A stretch of DNA of 30,823 nt from Chiloscyllium plagiosum. Taxonomy: Eukaryota. The stretch lies in the NCBI RefSeq assembly GCF_004010195.1, contig NW_025215381.1, positions 598,710-629,532 of the forward strand, given 5' to 3'. The notes below the pieces were generated by a model, which ran no database searches, had not been told where the DNA came from, and was given only the letters and a program-made list of their open reading frames with translations. The stretch's first letter is position 1; each line of letters begins with the position of its first letter. Positions 1 through 12,810 of the stretch are shown here, in pieces. A program made the position numbers and the translations under genes.

Positions 1-155
1 TAATCAAAAATGATATCATCCATCGTGAGACCAAGACACATAAATAGAAAGCAGGCCAGAACACCAGGACTTCACCGGGGGCTCACTGATATTGTTACCT
101 GGCATGTCTGAAAAACAAACCTGCCAGCTCAGTGAGAAAACTTACAACCTGAGTA
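1..155 (+). mobile_element. Degenerate Penelope-like (Poseidon-type) pseudo-LTR with eroded hammerhead
   Basis: ataaata...CACTGATATTGTTACCTGGCAT-GTCTG...gccagctcagtgag...acaacc resembles a PLE pLTR whose hammerhead has lost the stem II 3' arm and GAAA; recognised from memory only. Confidence 0.45.
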
Positions 156-379
156 ACATATTCTATTTAGGAGCTTAGAAGCCTGGCAATTCTTAAATTT
201 CAGTGAAGGAGAAATGAATGCAGACTTCATAACATCTCTAAGACACGAGTGTGTGTGCAGATTCAACAGGTTAATGTATTCACAGAAACAGAACCCTGAG
301 ATGTGGAAAAGTCTCAAGTTTGATCCATTACAAGTTGGCCAATCTGCCAAACCAGTGAATCAATAAAGTGAGAGCAAAA

Positions 380-655
380 GCATATGAAGTTGGTGTGTAT
401 TGATGAGGGCTGAAGGAACTGCGACATCCCTTCTTATGGCTTTAGTCCACAGCAAGGCAAATGATTTGCCATGGTGCAATATTCAAGAAAATTCCGAAGA
501 CTAACAGCCCTCAGATTAAATTCAAGAAGAGTTTTAGTGAGGTGATCATACCTAAGGTGCAGCCAGTGAGCAGCTGGATGACACCTGGAAAGGCAAAAGA
601 AGGCAGCAGAGTGTGCAGGGAGTTCCTTTGGCCTATCACCTTGAAAACAAGGGTG
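380..655 (+). mobile_element. CR1-clade LINE ORF1 fragment (5' part of the element that continues at 1326)
   Basis: ORF 461..844 contains SFSEVIIPKVQ..SWMT..K...EFLWPITLK, resembling the CR1 ORF1 linker upstream of the esterase; same strand as 1326-2695. Confidence 0.5.
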
Positions 656-667
656 ACTCATGAGGGA

Positions 668-802
668 GTCAATCATAGAGATGTACAGCACGGAAACAGA
701 CCCTTCGATCCAACCCGTCCATGCCGACCAGATATCCCAACCCAATCTAGTCCCACCTGCCAGCACCCGTCCCATATCCCTCCAAACCCTTCCTATTCAT
801 AT
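668..802 (-). mobile_element. HER1/CR1 LINE 3' end, 5'-truncated
   Basis: catagagatgtacagcacggaaacagaccc...ccctccaaacccttcctattcat is near-identical to 16260-16395 and is the reverse complement of the CR1 3' end at about 21920-22025. Confidence 0.85.
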
Positions 803-988
803 GAGGTAATGACTGCAGATGCTGGAAACCAGATTCTGGATTAGTGGTGCTGGAAGAGGACAGCAGTTCAGGCAGCATCCAAGGAGCTTTGAAATCGACG
901 TTTCGGGCAAAAGCCCTTCATCAGGAATAAAGGCAGTAAGCCTGAAGCATGGAGAGATAAGCTAGAGGAGGGTGGGGGTGGGGAGAGC
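803..988 (-). mobile_element. Penelope-like (Neptune-type) pseudo-LTR fragment
   Basis: tgcagatgctgga...tgctggaa...caggcagcatcc...gacgtttcgggc...tcatcagg; same family as 17954, 22740 and 26646, the last two being attached to GIY-YIG coding remnants. Confidence 0.8.
897..924 (-). ncRNA. Minimal type I hammerhead ribozyme motif (intact core)
   Basis: Minus strand reads CTGATGA-A-GGGC-TTTT-GCCC-GAAA-CG-TC: core, 4-bp stem II, palindromic ACGT in place of helix III, GUC cleavage triplet. Helix I pairing is weak. Confidence 0.75.
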
Positions 989-1003
989 TACTTTCTGTTC
1001 TCT

Positions 1004-1143
1004 GTTCGACTGGGACAACACTACTATCACAGATTCATAAGCACATCAACCTGGACCCAATATACCGACCACTGCAACGGACAGCTGGAACTGACAAGAC
1101 AACGCGGCAGATACAAACCACTACAAATGCTGGAGGAAACATC
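1004..1143 (+). mobile_element. Penelope-like (Poseidon-type) GIY-YIG C-terminus and pLTR start, internally deleted
   Basis: Translates as FDWDNTTI / TDS..KHINLDPIYRPLQRTA, resembling the end of a Poseidon-type ORF; runs into the N gap. Confidence 0.55.
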
Positions 1144-1325
1144 NNNNNNNNNNNNNNNNNNNNNNNNNNNNNNNNNNNNNNNNNNNNNNNNNNNNNNNNN
1201 NNNNNNNNNNNNNNNNNNNNNNNNNNNNNNNNNNNNNNNNNNNNNNNNNNNNNNNNNNNNNNNNNNNNNNNNNNNNNNNNNNNNNNNNNNNNNNNNNNNN
1301 NNNNNNNNNNNNNNNNNNNNNNNNN
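1144..1325. other. Assembly gap (182 N)
   Basis: Run of N. Confidence 1.
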
Positions 1326-2695
1326 GTTCTGAAAGGGCAGGCAGAGATCATTGTGCACGTTGGCACAAATGACACAGGTAGAAATAGGGAGGAGGTCCTG
1401 CAGAGTGATTACAGAGCACGAGGGAAAAAAAGTTAAAACCAGTACCTCGACGCTGCTAATTTCCAGAGCCATTTGCTAGTTAGGGTATGAACAGGAGGGT
1501 ATGGCAGGTGAATGCATGGCTAAGGCAGGGATTCAGATTTTTAGATCATTGGGATCTTTTCTGGAGCAGAGGTGACCTCAAGAGGGACGGGTAGCATCTG
1601 AACTGGAAAGAGGACCAATACCTTGGCGGCCAAGTTTGCCAGTTCAACACAGGAAGGTTTAAACTAGACTGGCAGGGAGGTGGGATCCTCAACAGTAGGG
1701 AGGCAAGTGCGAGTCGGGAAGGGGAGACAGTAATCAGAAATAGTAAAATGAAGAGGCAGGTCAGGTTGGAACACCACAGGGAGCAAGCAATGCCTGTTGG
1801 ACTAAATTGTATCTATTTCAATGCAAGAGGGCTGACAGGTTGGGCTGATGAATTCAGGGCGTGGGACAGGGATTTCATAGCCATTACAAAAACATGGCTA
1901 AGGGAGGGACAGGACTGGCAGCATAACGTGCCAGGGTACAGGTGCTTTGGGCAGGACAGGGGTGGTGGAAGGAAGAGAGGGGGAGTTACATTTTTGATTA
2001 AGACGAGTATCACGGCAATAATCAGAGAGGAAATAACTGAAGAATCATGCAGCAAGGCTTTGTGGGTGGAGCTAAGAAATAAGGAGGGGATGGCGATGTT
2101 ATTAGGGGTTGTACTATAGGTCCTCAAATAGTCAACGGGAATTAGAGGAACAAATATGCAGGGAGATTGGGGAGACTTGCAGGAACAATAGGGTTGTCAT
2201 AGTATGGGGTTTTAATTTTCTGATCTAGACTGGGACTGCCACAGCGTGAAGGGCTGAGATAGGGTGGAATTTGTTAACTGAACTCAGAAACGTTTTCTCA
2301 AGCAGTTATACAGAGGGTCCTACTCTGGAAGGGGCAAAACTTGACCTACTCTTGGGAAACGGGGCAAGTCATGTGACTGAGGTGACAGTGGGGGAGCACT
2401 TGGGGACCAGGGACCATGGCTCTATTCATTTTAACATTGTTATGGAGAGTAACCAAACTGGTCCACAGGTTCAAGTGCTAAATTGGGGCAAGGTGAATTT
2501 TGATGGAATTAGACAGGAGCTTGCAGGTGTTGATTGGAATAGTTTGTTTGCAGGCAAAGGGACGTCCAACAAGTGGGAGACCTTTAAAATAGGTGAGATA
2601 GCTAGAGTTTAAGGTCTACATGTTCCTGTGAGGGTGAAAAGCAAGGTTGAAGGAATAGGAAACCTGGATGACAAGAGATATTGAGGCTGAGAGAA
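1326..2695 (+). mobile_element. CR1-clade LINE: ORF1 esterase C-terminus and ORF2 APE endonuclease, decayed and 3'-truncated
   Basis: VHVGTND esterase motif near 1354; CIYFNARGL, AITKTWL, GYRCF..DR...RGGV, LWVELRN, LDLLLGN, EHLGTRDH in ORFs 1748..2119 and 2271..2612, with stops and frameshifts. Confidence 0.9.
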
Positions 2696-3679
2696 GAAAA
2701 AAATTTATTTTTAAAAAGATACTCTGAAGCTTGAACACTTGGCCCTGCACTACCTCCCTCGTCCCACCGAACCGTAGTTCACAGCTCCCCACTCCAATGC
2801 ACCCACTTTCCCCACAATCCCCCAGTTCTCACTATGGAGTTGCTGCAATGTATGAAGACTTGAACCGGGGTTCAGAGGGAGAAAAGTTTGGGAAGCTGAT
2901 TACTCCGGTCTTGTTGGCAATTGCAATAAACTACCACTGAACAAGCAATATATTTCAACCACAGCTTTATTTGATGTCCATACATCACCATATACTGCCA
3001 TGATTTACAGAAAACACTGAAACAATCACTGCAAAATAGAAAGGGGATCAATATTCTACAATAATTTCCAACAAAATTTAAATCACAACACTGCTAAGAT
3101 TCTGAGAGAACAGAGAGTGTATGGGAAGATACATTTAGTAAAAACAAGAAGCCTAAAAGGGTAGAAAGAAAGATCCAGTTTCAAATCTCAGTGCCAAACA
3201 GCTCTGAACAAAGCTAGGGAGGAAAGCAGTCATATCGGAGATTCGAGGAAAATTTCCAGATTTCAGAAATGATCAATGTGCAGAAGGATGGTTTTACTGT
3301 TAACCAAGCAGCATCACTCAGCACAATTGTTATTTCGCATTAGCTCAGAGATTAGATAGTGCATGAAAAAATTTACTTCTGTTGAGAGAGGGAATTTAAG
3401 ATTAGGACAATTTCAATCCTACTTGCACTGGATATTGGAAAACTAACAAATCTCACCTAGTACAATGACACCTGTGACAAATGAAAACTCAGTTAATTTT
3501 GCAGAACAGCTGCAGCAAGAACTCAATCTAACCTGCGCCAATATGGCTCAGAAACACCATATGTAATGTAAGTGAAGCACAGAGTTCTTCACTCTTCATA
3601 AATCTGACCACAAGCAAAAGTCACAGAAGTTCACTTCCTTGCAAACAGTAGCTGACATTGCCATGAGATCTAGAGGATT

Positions 3680-4225
3680 TTGTTCCATTCTGAGCATCGC
3701 ATCTTCGGAAGGATGTCAAGGCTGAATAAGTTGCAGACAGATTTTACTAAAACGAGACAGAGTTGGGAGATGGAACCAAAAGAGAAAATGCTGGAAAATC
3801 TCAGCAAGTCTGGCAGCATCTGTAAGGAGAGAAAAGAGCTGACGTTTCGAGTCTAACTGACCCTTTGTCAAAGCTGGGATTCTGTTCCGTTGAGAGACTA
3901 TAAAACTAGGGATGGTTTACCTTCAAACAGAGGTGATAAAGGGGAAATTTAAATAAACATGTTAAATAGAAGACCTTTTATAATGAGTATGAAGGAATAG
4001 TTTCCACCAGGAAGAGAGCTCGTAATCAGAGAGAGACTGGCTAAAGTTAAATGGAGGTTTTTTCAAGAAACATGTTAGAATGGTCTGGAAAAATGGTGGT
4101 AGCAAATTCAATACTAACTTTAAGGAAATTTGATACACATCTGAAAAGAAGAAATTTGCACAACTATGAGACTATACAATTGCTGTTTATACAATAGCAT
4201 ACCTACGGGCATGATAGTCTGAAAA
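3680..4225 (+). mobile_element. Old CR1-like LINE 3' fragment interrupted by a pLTR insert
   Basis: ttcggaaggatgtcaaggc...ttttacta...gagagacta...ttaaggaaatttgatacacatctgaaaagaagaaatttgca follows the CR1 ORF2 C-terminus; strongly diverged. Confidence 0.5.
3772..3875 (-). mobile_element. Solo PLE pLTR tip (second subfamily) with degenerate hammerhead
   Basis: Minus strand AGCT-TTGACAA-A-GGGTC-AGTTA-GACTC-GAAA-CG-TC-AGCT, then ctctccttacagatgctgccagacttgctgagattttccagcattttctc. Confidence 0.75.
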
Positions 4226-4413
4226 TGCCTGATCTCATTCAATCTTGGAAGATAAGCAGACTCAGACCTGGTTATTAAATGAATAGGAGACTGCTTGAGA
4301 ATACCAGGTGCAATAAGTTTTGTGAGCCCTCTTTTGTCCCAGTGGTCATGTTCTTAACCTTGGATTGAGACACCCAAATTGAAGTCCCATCTCTGAATTG
4401 TTGATTAGAAAAA

Positions 4414-5100
4414 TGAAAGCTGAAAATACTGGCAAAACTACAGTTAGGCAACAGCTGTGGAAAGCAAGAGTTGTCTCTTTGTGCGAATGACTCTTCAAAA
4501 CAGAAGACAGAAATACAATATTAATATGTGATAGGTTTAACACAAGTCTTAGTCATGTAGGTAAGGTTGCAAGCAAGTGAAAGAGGCTCAGAATGGGGGA
4601 CAGCGTTGGTCGAACCAAAAGAGAAAGCCTGTGATGGGTGGAGAATAGGAGAGATTTTAATAAAAGCCAGAAGGGAATACAGAAAAGTAAGTAATGAAAA
4701 TGTGTCCAGAAGTAGTGTAAATGGCTGCACAGACCTCATGCGAATTCAAGATAAACAACAAATAAGCAAAAGAAACAAAATGGAGGTAGAGGTTTTTCTG
4801 TAAAGTTGCTGATTCTATGCTGCACCCAAAAGGCTGAGTCAAAAGATGAGGCAGGATAGTGTAAATGGCTGCACAGACCTCATGCGAATTCAAGATAAAC
4901 AACAAATAAGCAAAAGAAACAAAATGGAGGTAGAGGTTTTTCTGTAAAGTTGCTGATTCTATGCTGCACCCAAAAGGCTGAGTCAAAAGATGAGGCAGGA
5001 TTCTTCAGGCTTACATTAAGCTTCTCTTGAACACTGCAGCAGACCAAGGTCAAAAGATCAGGCTGGGGTTGAACTGGAGAATTGAAATGGCAATGCTTTT
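4414..5100 (-). mobile_element. Old Neptune-type PLE 3' end (GIY-YIG C-terminus plus pLTR)
   Basis: Minus strand tgccatttcaattctcca (CHFNSP), cttggtctgctgcagt (LGLLQ) and tgtaagcctgaagaatcctgcctcatctt (like the LEEEHLI motif at 22445); eroded pLTR at 4414-4505. Confidence 0.55.
4713..5000. repeat. Tandem duplication, 2 x 144 bp
   Basis: 4713-4856 and 4857-5000 appear identical. Confidence 0.95.
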
Positions 5101-5286
5101 AGACTGAAAGGGGTCATCCAACCTCCATTTCATCAACACTACTTCCAGCACAAACAAGCACCCAGGAAACTTGAGTTTACCACATACAATAGACTATAAT
5201 AAAGCTGTATAATGGCTTCAAACATGTAAATGCACACATGACAACTTTAAAGAAAAGCTGCCATAATATGTATTTAACAACAATAT

Positions 5287-5601
5287 TTAGATTAGATTAG
5301 ATTCCCTACAGGGTGGGAACAGGCCCTTCAGCCCAACAAGTCCACACAGACCCTCCAAAGAGTGACCAACCCAGACCCATTTCCCTCTGACTAATGCACC
5401 TAACATTACGAGCAATTTAGCATGGCCAATTCATCTGGTCTGCACATCTTTGGACTGTGGGAAGAAACCAGAGCACCCGGGGGAAACTCACGCAGACACA
5501 GGGAGAACGTGCAAACTCCACAGTCGCCTGAGATTGGAATCGAACCTGGGACCCTGGTGCTGTGAGGCAGCAGTGCTAACCACTGAGCCACCGTGCCGCC
5601 C
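5287..5601 (-). mobile_element. HE1-type tRNA-derived SINE (V-SINE), full length
   Basis: Minus strand GGGCGGCACGGTGGCTCAGTGG (A box), GGTTCGATTCC (B box), central GGAGTTTGCACGTTCTCCC, CR1-like tail ending in (AATCT)n. Confidence 0.92.
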
Positions 5602-5754
5602 TAAATATGCTTCAATGTCCTTCACAAGAGCATTATAAAACACAATTTGACATTGAATCTTTCAAGGACAAGTCAGAACAAATGGCCAAAATGATAAAAA
5701 AAAAGGAGTAGGTTTTACCAAGCAGCATCATTACAGCAGGAAAGATCACAGGAT

Positions 5755-6089
5755 CATCCTAGAATCCCTACAGTTAGGCCCAAAAAGTCCACATCAACCC
5801 TCCAAAGAGTAATCCACTCAGATCCATTCCCCTGCACTATTACCCGACACTTACCCCTGACTAATGCACCTAACCTACACAGCCCTGAACACTATGGGCA
5901 ATTTAGCTTGACCAATTCACCCAGCCTGTACATTCTTGGATTGTGGGAGGAAACCAGAGCACCCGGATGAAACACACAAACACAGGGAGAATATGCAAAC
6001 TCCACACAGTCAGTCGCCAGAGGCTAGAATCGAACCCAGGCCCCTGGCGCTGTGAAGCAGCAGTGCTAACCATTGAGCCACCATGCCGC
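5755..6089 (-). mobile_element. HE1-type SINE, full length
   Basis: Homologous throughout to 5287-5601; A box TGGCTCAATGG and B box GGTTCGATTC. Confidence 0.9.
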
Positions 6090-7419
6090 TTATGGATGGA
6101 AAACCCATAAGCTTAGAAAGAGTTCCAAAGCATAGGATCTTCAATACAGAGGAGATGGTGGAACAATTACAATTCAGGAAACTCAAGAACCCAGAATTGA
6201 AGGAGTACAGTGTGGAGGCTGGTGAACAGCAGACTACAGAGATTCAGGAGGGATGATATCAAGTGCAATGAGGTAAGGATGAGTTTTGAGATCAAGACAT
6301 TCCTTGACCTCAAGTCAATACAGGCCAGCAAGCACAGGAACTTGACGCAATTAAGGAAATGGGCAGTTTTCAACATCAACTTTAATGGGTAAAACATGGA
6401 AAGGATTGAACAATGCATTAGAAGAGTTAAGTTTAGATGGGTGAAGGTTTCAGGAACAGGCAAGCTGAGACTAATTTGGGGGATGTTACTGGTGGTCTTG
6501 ATAACAGCACAAAATTCTAAACTTCAGGGTTAAATACAAAACCAAGATTGCAAACAGTTTGCTTCAGCCCACGATATCTATTTGAGGAGGGTGGAGGAGA
6601 GTGGATTTAGAAAGTAAGGAATGCTTACTAATCAAACATCATTTAGATACCACCACAGCAACATTTCATCCTTTACAGAAGGGGAACAGGAAAACCAACA
6701 AACTGCATCTATCTGTTAATGCCTCAGAATGAGTGAGCTTCCTGATAAAGGAACAGACTGTTTTTCTCAAAGTGTGGATATCAATGGATGTTAAGCCCAA
6801 AGTTACTGGTCAGGGTGCAGAGCTATCCTGCCTTAGTTTTAATAGAACACTATTCAATTTGCATTTCTATTGATTCCACTGTTTAATTTTCTTAACCTTC
6901 TACTTGTAGAATTTTTAAGTCCTTCATTTTGTCGGTCATATTTTCAGTCCACCTTTTAGCCCATCTTTAAATGCAAAATCTCACTTTTTTCACTTAAAGG
7001 GGATTCAAGTTTAATAATATCAAACTGAATTTGTACATTAATCAGAGATTTTCACCATCCTGTTTTTGTTACACGTCAACTCAGACTGCTGTATAACTAT
7101 GAACTTTACAGATTTGAAAATGACGATCAATATAGTTTAATTGCACAAGTTGAGATATTCAGCAACATGACTTCCATTCAAATCTGTAGAGACAGCTGTG
7201 CAAGACTGCTAAGGAATACTTAGCTTCCTCTCCTGTCAAAGGAAGTGCTTATTTGGCCCAAGATGCTTATGCCTGTGTTAGCATGCTCTTTGGAACCCTT
7301 AATTCTAAGTCCACCTGTACACGATTCACTAGTGGTATTAACGAAACCAGCTAATTCTGTGCACTATTCCATGCCCTGACATCTGAATCATCTCAGCTTC
7401 ATCTTCCAGTGTTGCCTTG

Positions 7420-7960
7420 GAATCCCATCAATTTAGTTTGAAGTTTTCAGCATGCCCCACTACCTCATTTGTTGTTTGGTATGGGGATGTTTTAAGTTAG
7501 TGAAGTGAAAAAGCCCCAGTTTTCCATTTCCCTTTGAGAGAGGAAATGCTCCTGACATCAGTCCTGAATAGCCTCACTCACTTTAAGGATGCATCCCCTT
7601 GTTTTGGATTCTCCTCCTCATAGGAAACAGTTTTTCCTTATTTAGCCCATCAAATCTTTAAAGATCTTCAACACCAGATTGCCCATTAATCTATCATACT
7701 TGATAAGAATACAAACTAAGTTTATACAAACTGTCCTGGCAATTTAACCCACTCAGCCAAATGTTATTCTGGTAAATTTGCCCTGGCCTCTATGAAGTCA
7801 ATATATCCTAACAGACATGCAATAGCCAGATTGGTGCTATCCAGCTGTGGTTTAGAGTGAGCCTTATACCTCAGCAACATGTGCATCCCTTTACTTGTTA
7901 GTCCCTCATTTGAGTCAAATGTTCCATGAGCCTAATTACTTTCCACATCTGACCGCTGGT
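7420..7960 (-). mobile_element. Highly diverged CR1-like LINE 3' fragment
   Basis: ctcctgacatcagtcctgaat..., ctttaaagatcttcaacacc..., ttctggtaaattt... parallel the minus-strand CR1 at 9900-10400. Confidence 0.45.
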
Positions 7961-8919
7961 TTTCGCAAGTGCTGAATGCAGACACACACCTTTCTCTGAA
8001 CCTACATTGTTTTCAAATTCTTGCTCTTTTTTTCCACTTGGCAATATTTAGGACATCACGCAACTTGATGTCATTGTCTAACATGCATCTACTCTCTCTT
8101 TCTGAACCTTCAGTCAAATAATTTTAAAACATTGTGGAAAACTGAAGTTCCAGGAATAGGGCTCACTAACACCTCTTGGAAACATCAATTGGCAGATGAA
8201 TCCATCATCCATGCTCTGCCTCAAATGTCCTAACCAATTCCCTGGCTACATCAATAGTTGCATCCAAGTCCAGGTGCTCTCCTTTCTATTAACAATCTCT
8301 AATGTGACAGCTTATTGAATACGGTCTGGAATACTCTATACATAAAGTGTTAACCTATTTACACTCTTTACCACTTTTGAAGAAATATCCAAAGATCCAA
8401 CAGGGTTCAGTCAGCAATGTTTAAGCACTAACTCCCATTTGTCTCAATGCTCAGTCACTGTGCCTAAAAACAGATTCTGGTAACATCCCCACAAAAGATG
8501 ATTGTTAATAACCAATAATTTCATAGCTTCTCTGGTTTTTTAGATAATTTTCCAGTCTAAGGATGAAATTGCTGAATCAAAAGTGTTTTGAAAGATTATG
8601 ACCAGAACATTCACAATTTGCCCATCGTCTTGGAACTGAAAGAAATCAGGGAGTTTCTCTCTAATTTTTACAAAAATTTAGCCGTATGAAATCTACTAAA
8701 ATCCTCCCTTAGATATATTTTTCACCTTCATTCCAGACATTATTTGCCCCAACAAGTTTCTTAAATTTAAAAATTTCCATTAAGCATTGAGCCTTCTCTG
8801 CTGTTGAGAATTAGCATCAATATTTCAACTTCCTATAAAATATTCAATCAATAGTTCCATCTTTTGTACCCTAACTGAAAAGTGGTCACAGCCCAGATAA
8901 TTTATTTTGCAATAATTAT

Positions 8920-9145
8920 TCACTGGCGAATATGGGCTTCGCTGGCTGGCCAGGACCTACTTGCCCTTAAGGTGGTGGTGGTGAGCTTCCTTCTTGAGTG
9001 CTACAGTCTATGTGCTGTCGGTTGACCCACAATGGTGTGAGGGAGGGAATTCCAGGATTTTGACCCAGCAATATTTTTCCGACTCAGGACGGAATGTGGC
9101 TTGGAGGGGAACTTGCAGGTCGTGTCCCCATGCATCTACTGCCCT
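8920..9145 (-). mobile_element. 3' end of a different LINE family (CR1/L2 group)
   Basis: Minus strand ggaattccctccct...aagaaggaagctcaccaccaccacc...aagggcaa...gccagccagcgaagcccat: WNSLP motif followed by a LINE/SINE-type tail. Confidence 0.55.
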
Positions 9146-9239
9146 CATCAAAACCCTTACCTTGTCTACTTCATTATATTTGTAGCTTCACAAATATAAA
9201 ACATTAAACTCTAGCCAGGAAAGCTGCAAGCAATTCAGG

Positions 9240-9623
9240 CTGTTTTTGTTTAAATTTGGAAGAATAGAAGCAGCATGAAGGGGTGGGGTCAAGCTCCCAC
9301 AGAACCAGGATTTTCGTTTTGGCTTTCAGTAGTTACTGGGGTCTTGAAGCTGGATGTGGAAGTTGTTGTTTAGTCATTAAATAATCCAGTATTCTGTTAA
9401 GTTTTCTAATGAAGTTCAATTATTCTAAGTCTTCTTTCTTTTGTTGCATTTTTAACCATGGTGTAACAATAAAGTGTGTTTTGCTTCAAGCCTGGTAGTT
9501 TAACAAATCAAATTGCATCTGGAACACAACACCCTACACTTCCCTTCTAGAATAGGAAAAATTTGGACTCTGGCTCTAGGCTCTCTTAACATATTTTGAG
9601 GGGCTTTAATCTGGCCCATAACA
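9240..9623 (+). mobile_element. Possible solo LTR (Gypsy-like)
   Basis: AATAAA near 9468 and a terminal ...CCCATAACA directly before CR1 sequence; 5' boundary and TSD not identified. Confidence 0.35.
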
Positions 9624-9723
9624 CTCAGGATTCTGAAGGCGGCAAGCTGGAGCTTTGACAGAGATCTTTATATCCTCTTTGGCCACAGCTGAGGACCCAG
9701 AAAGACTGGCTTTGTTCAGGGAT
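9624..9723 (+). mobile_element. CR1 LINE fragment (left part of the element that resumes at about 12811)
   Basis: LTEIFISSLATAEDPE, the pre-RT region that normally precedes ..PGNYRPVSLT. Confidence 0.7.
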
Positions 9724-12700
9724 TCAGAGAGTCACATTGCACAGAATAGACCCTTTGTCCCATTGAGTCTGCACCAACATAACTACCACAAAAAGTGCAT
9801 TAATCCCAATTCCCTGCACTTCCACGATGTCCTTGAAAGTGGTGATATTTGGGTTACTCCTCCAAATATCTTTGAACAGTTGAGGTTTCCAGCCTCCACT
9901 ATCTTCCCAGGCAGTGCATTCAAGGTTCCCACCACAGAGTAAAAATGTTTTTCCCCCAAATCCCCTTTGAATCTCCTGGCTGTAATCCTAAAACTGTGCC
10001 CCCTCATAATGAACTCCTCAACCAAAGGGAATAGCTGGTCTATATCTATCCAGTCTGCACCCCTCAATCTTATACACCTCAACAAGTTCCCTCCTCAGTC
10101 TTCTTTGCTCTAAAGAAAACAATCCAAGTCTATGTAGTCTCTCCTTATAGCTCAGTTTCTCCATCCCAGACAACATCTTGGATGAACATGCTCTGTATCC
10201 CCTCTAGTGCGGTCACATCCTTCCTGTCGTCAGATGACCAGAACTGCACACTGTACTGCAGTTGTGGCTTGACCAATGCTCTATTCAACATCAACATTAC
10301 CTCCTTGCTCTTATACTCTATGCACCACTGTTGAAAGCAAGTGGCCCATATACCTTCTTAGCTATCCTATTCACATGGACTGCTGGCTTCAGGGATTGGT
10401 GAATAATTATCCCAAGATCCCTCTGTTCCTCTAAGCTACCCAGTGTCCTTCATTAAATATTCCCTCATCTTGTTTCTTCTCACAAAGAGTATCACCTTGC
10501 ACTGATCACAGTTAAATATCGTCTGCCCATCTGACCAATCCATTTGTATCTGCATGTAACATACAATCATCTTTTTACGATTAACTACCCTTCTAATCTT
10601 GGTGTCATCTACAAATTTGTTTAACATTCCCTCTACATTTTCATCTATATCATTTATGTACAGAACAAACAGTAATGGTCCCAGAACTCATCTTTGTGGT
10701 ACACCACTGGACACTGGTCTCCAGTCACTCAAACAACCTTCTACCACTACCCTTTGTGTACGATTACTAAGCCGGTTTCTGATCCATCTGATCCATCTAG
10801 CCTAACTTCCATCAATTCCATGTGCTTTATCCTTCTCAGTCTCCCAAAAGCATTGCTAAAATCCATCAAAACTACATCAACTGAACTTCCCACATTCATG
10901 CACTTGATTATATTTTTAAAACATTTTAACATTTGTTTGTCATGACCTCCCTCTTACAAAGCCATGTTGACTATCGCTAACTAACCTATGCTTTTCTAAT
11001 GGTATTAATTCACTCCTTCAGAGTTTTCTCCAATAGTTTTCCTACCACTGATGTGAGATTCACTGGTAATTTCCTGGTTCATCTCTACGACACGTCTTGA
11101 AAAGTGAAAGCACATTAGCCATCCTCCATCACTTCTTCTGTTACCAGAGACGAATTCAAAATGTGTGTCAGTGCCCCTGCAATTTCCTGCCTCACCTCCC
11201 ACAGCAGCCTGGGATGCAATTCATCCAGGGCTGGGAATAGTCTGTTTTTAGGCCAAACAGACCTTCCAACACCTCAGTTTATCAAACTGTGCAAGTTGCT
11301 CACAGTCCCTTTTCCCGAATTCCATACGTACATTCTCCTTTTCCAGAGTGAATGCCGAAGAGAAGTATTCATTCACACCCTTCCAATATCCTGTCACTTC
11401 ACATACAGGTTGCCTCCATGTTACCTAATGGGCCCTACTCTTTCTCTGGTTAACCTCCTCCCTTTGAAATATTTATAAAATACCTTAGGATTTCCCTAAT
11501 CCTATCCGCATATCCAATTTTTTGCTCTTCCAATTACTTTAAGCTTCTTCCTGTATTCCTCTACGTCTGTAGCTCCCTTTGGACTTGCTAAAAGCCCTAC
11601 TCTTCTACATCTGGTCCTGAACTGTCCTAGATATCCAGGGTCCTTTCAACTTACTTCTTCCACATTTCCCTCTAAATGAGATAGGAGAGGTCTTGAACAA
11701 GTACTTCTCTTCAGTATTTACGAACGAGGGACCGTATTGTAGATGGTACACGTTGAACCTGTACTCTCCCTAGCTCCGTTTTGTGTGCCCCCATTGCTCT
11801 TCTGCAGACTTACCCACATGAAACTGTTCCTAGTCCACTGTGCCCAGATTCTACTTTACTCTAATAAAATTTGTCTTTTTTGCAGGCCATCCTTTGCTTT
11901 GTCCAGAACAAATTTGAATCATGCTGTATTGTGGTTGCTATCGCCGAAATGTTCCCCCACTGCCACACTTGTTCAACTTTTCTGAGAACCAGATCTAGCA
12001 CTGTGTCATCCCTTGTTAGACCTTATATGTGTTGGGGGGATACAAAAATATCTCTTGGATGCATTTCAAAACATCCACACCCTCTAAACCCTAACACTAC
12101 GCCAATTTAAGTTGGGAACCTTGAAATCAATAGTATTGTTAACCGATTATTACACTTGCACACCTCTGTGAACTGTCACATGTTTGCTCCTCTATTTCTT
12201 CTCTTTGGAGGCCTACAGTACACTCCCAGTAAAGCAGTCACCCCCTTAACATTCCTAAGTTCTACCAAAGTCTCATTTGAGGACCCTTTCAAGATATCAT
12301 ATCATCTTATTGCAGTAATTGACTCCTTGATTAACAGTGCTACATCACCACCCTTTTTACATCCTCCTGTCTCACCGAAAGATCCTAAATCCCAAAATGT
12401 GGAGTTCCCAGTCCAGCCTTTCCCTCAACCATGTTTCTGTGATAGCAATAATAGCATACTCCCACTTGTCTTTTCATCAGTCTTAACTATTGCACTCCTA
12501 GCACTAAAGACCATTCAGCCTTGCCTTACTCTTTTCATGGTCAACACATCTGAACTTACTGACTCGCTTCCTTTGCTGTAGCATGATGTTTCATTGATAT
12601 CCTGTGTCCCGTCCCCTGCCAGACTAGTTCAACCTTTTCCCAACAGCACTACCAAGCCTACCTGCAAGGATATTGGTCCAAATGTATTTCAGACGCAGAC

Positions 12701-12810
12701 CATTCCACCTTGCCCATAAAAAAAACCCAGTCCCACTCATCCAGGAATTTAAACTTCTCTCTTGCACCAACTCTTGAGCCACACATTCATCTGTCCTACT
12801 TTTCCATTCC
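9724..12810 (-). mobile_element. Decayed CR1 LINE from ORF1 end through endonuclease and RT to 3' UTR
   Basis: Minus-strand remnants NKFVDDTKI (10436..10627), VDVVLMDFSNAF (10747..10932), LFPLVEE..RGHSFRI..GTLNALPGKIVEAG (9783..10085); ORF1 end near 12625-12690. Confidence 0.88.

Noticed and set aside
961..990. G-rich tract with G-quadruplex look
   Set aside because: It is the ordinary purine-rich strand of the PLE pLTR (also at 26770-26825); no independent evidence of function.
4657..4986. ORF with a 48-aa repeat
   Set aside because: Product of the 144-bp duplication inside a decayed PLE; no coding signal.
5530..5601. tRNA gene
   Set aside because: The A and B boxes belong to an HE1 SINE head followed by SINE body and tail.
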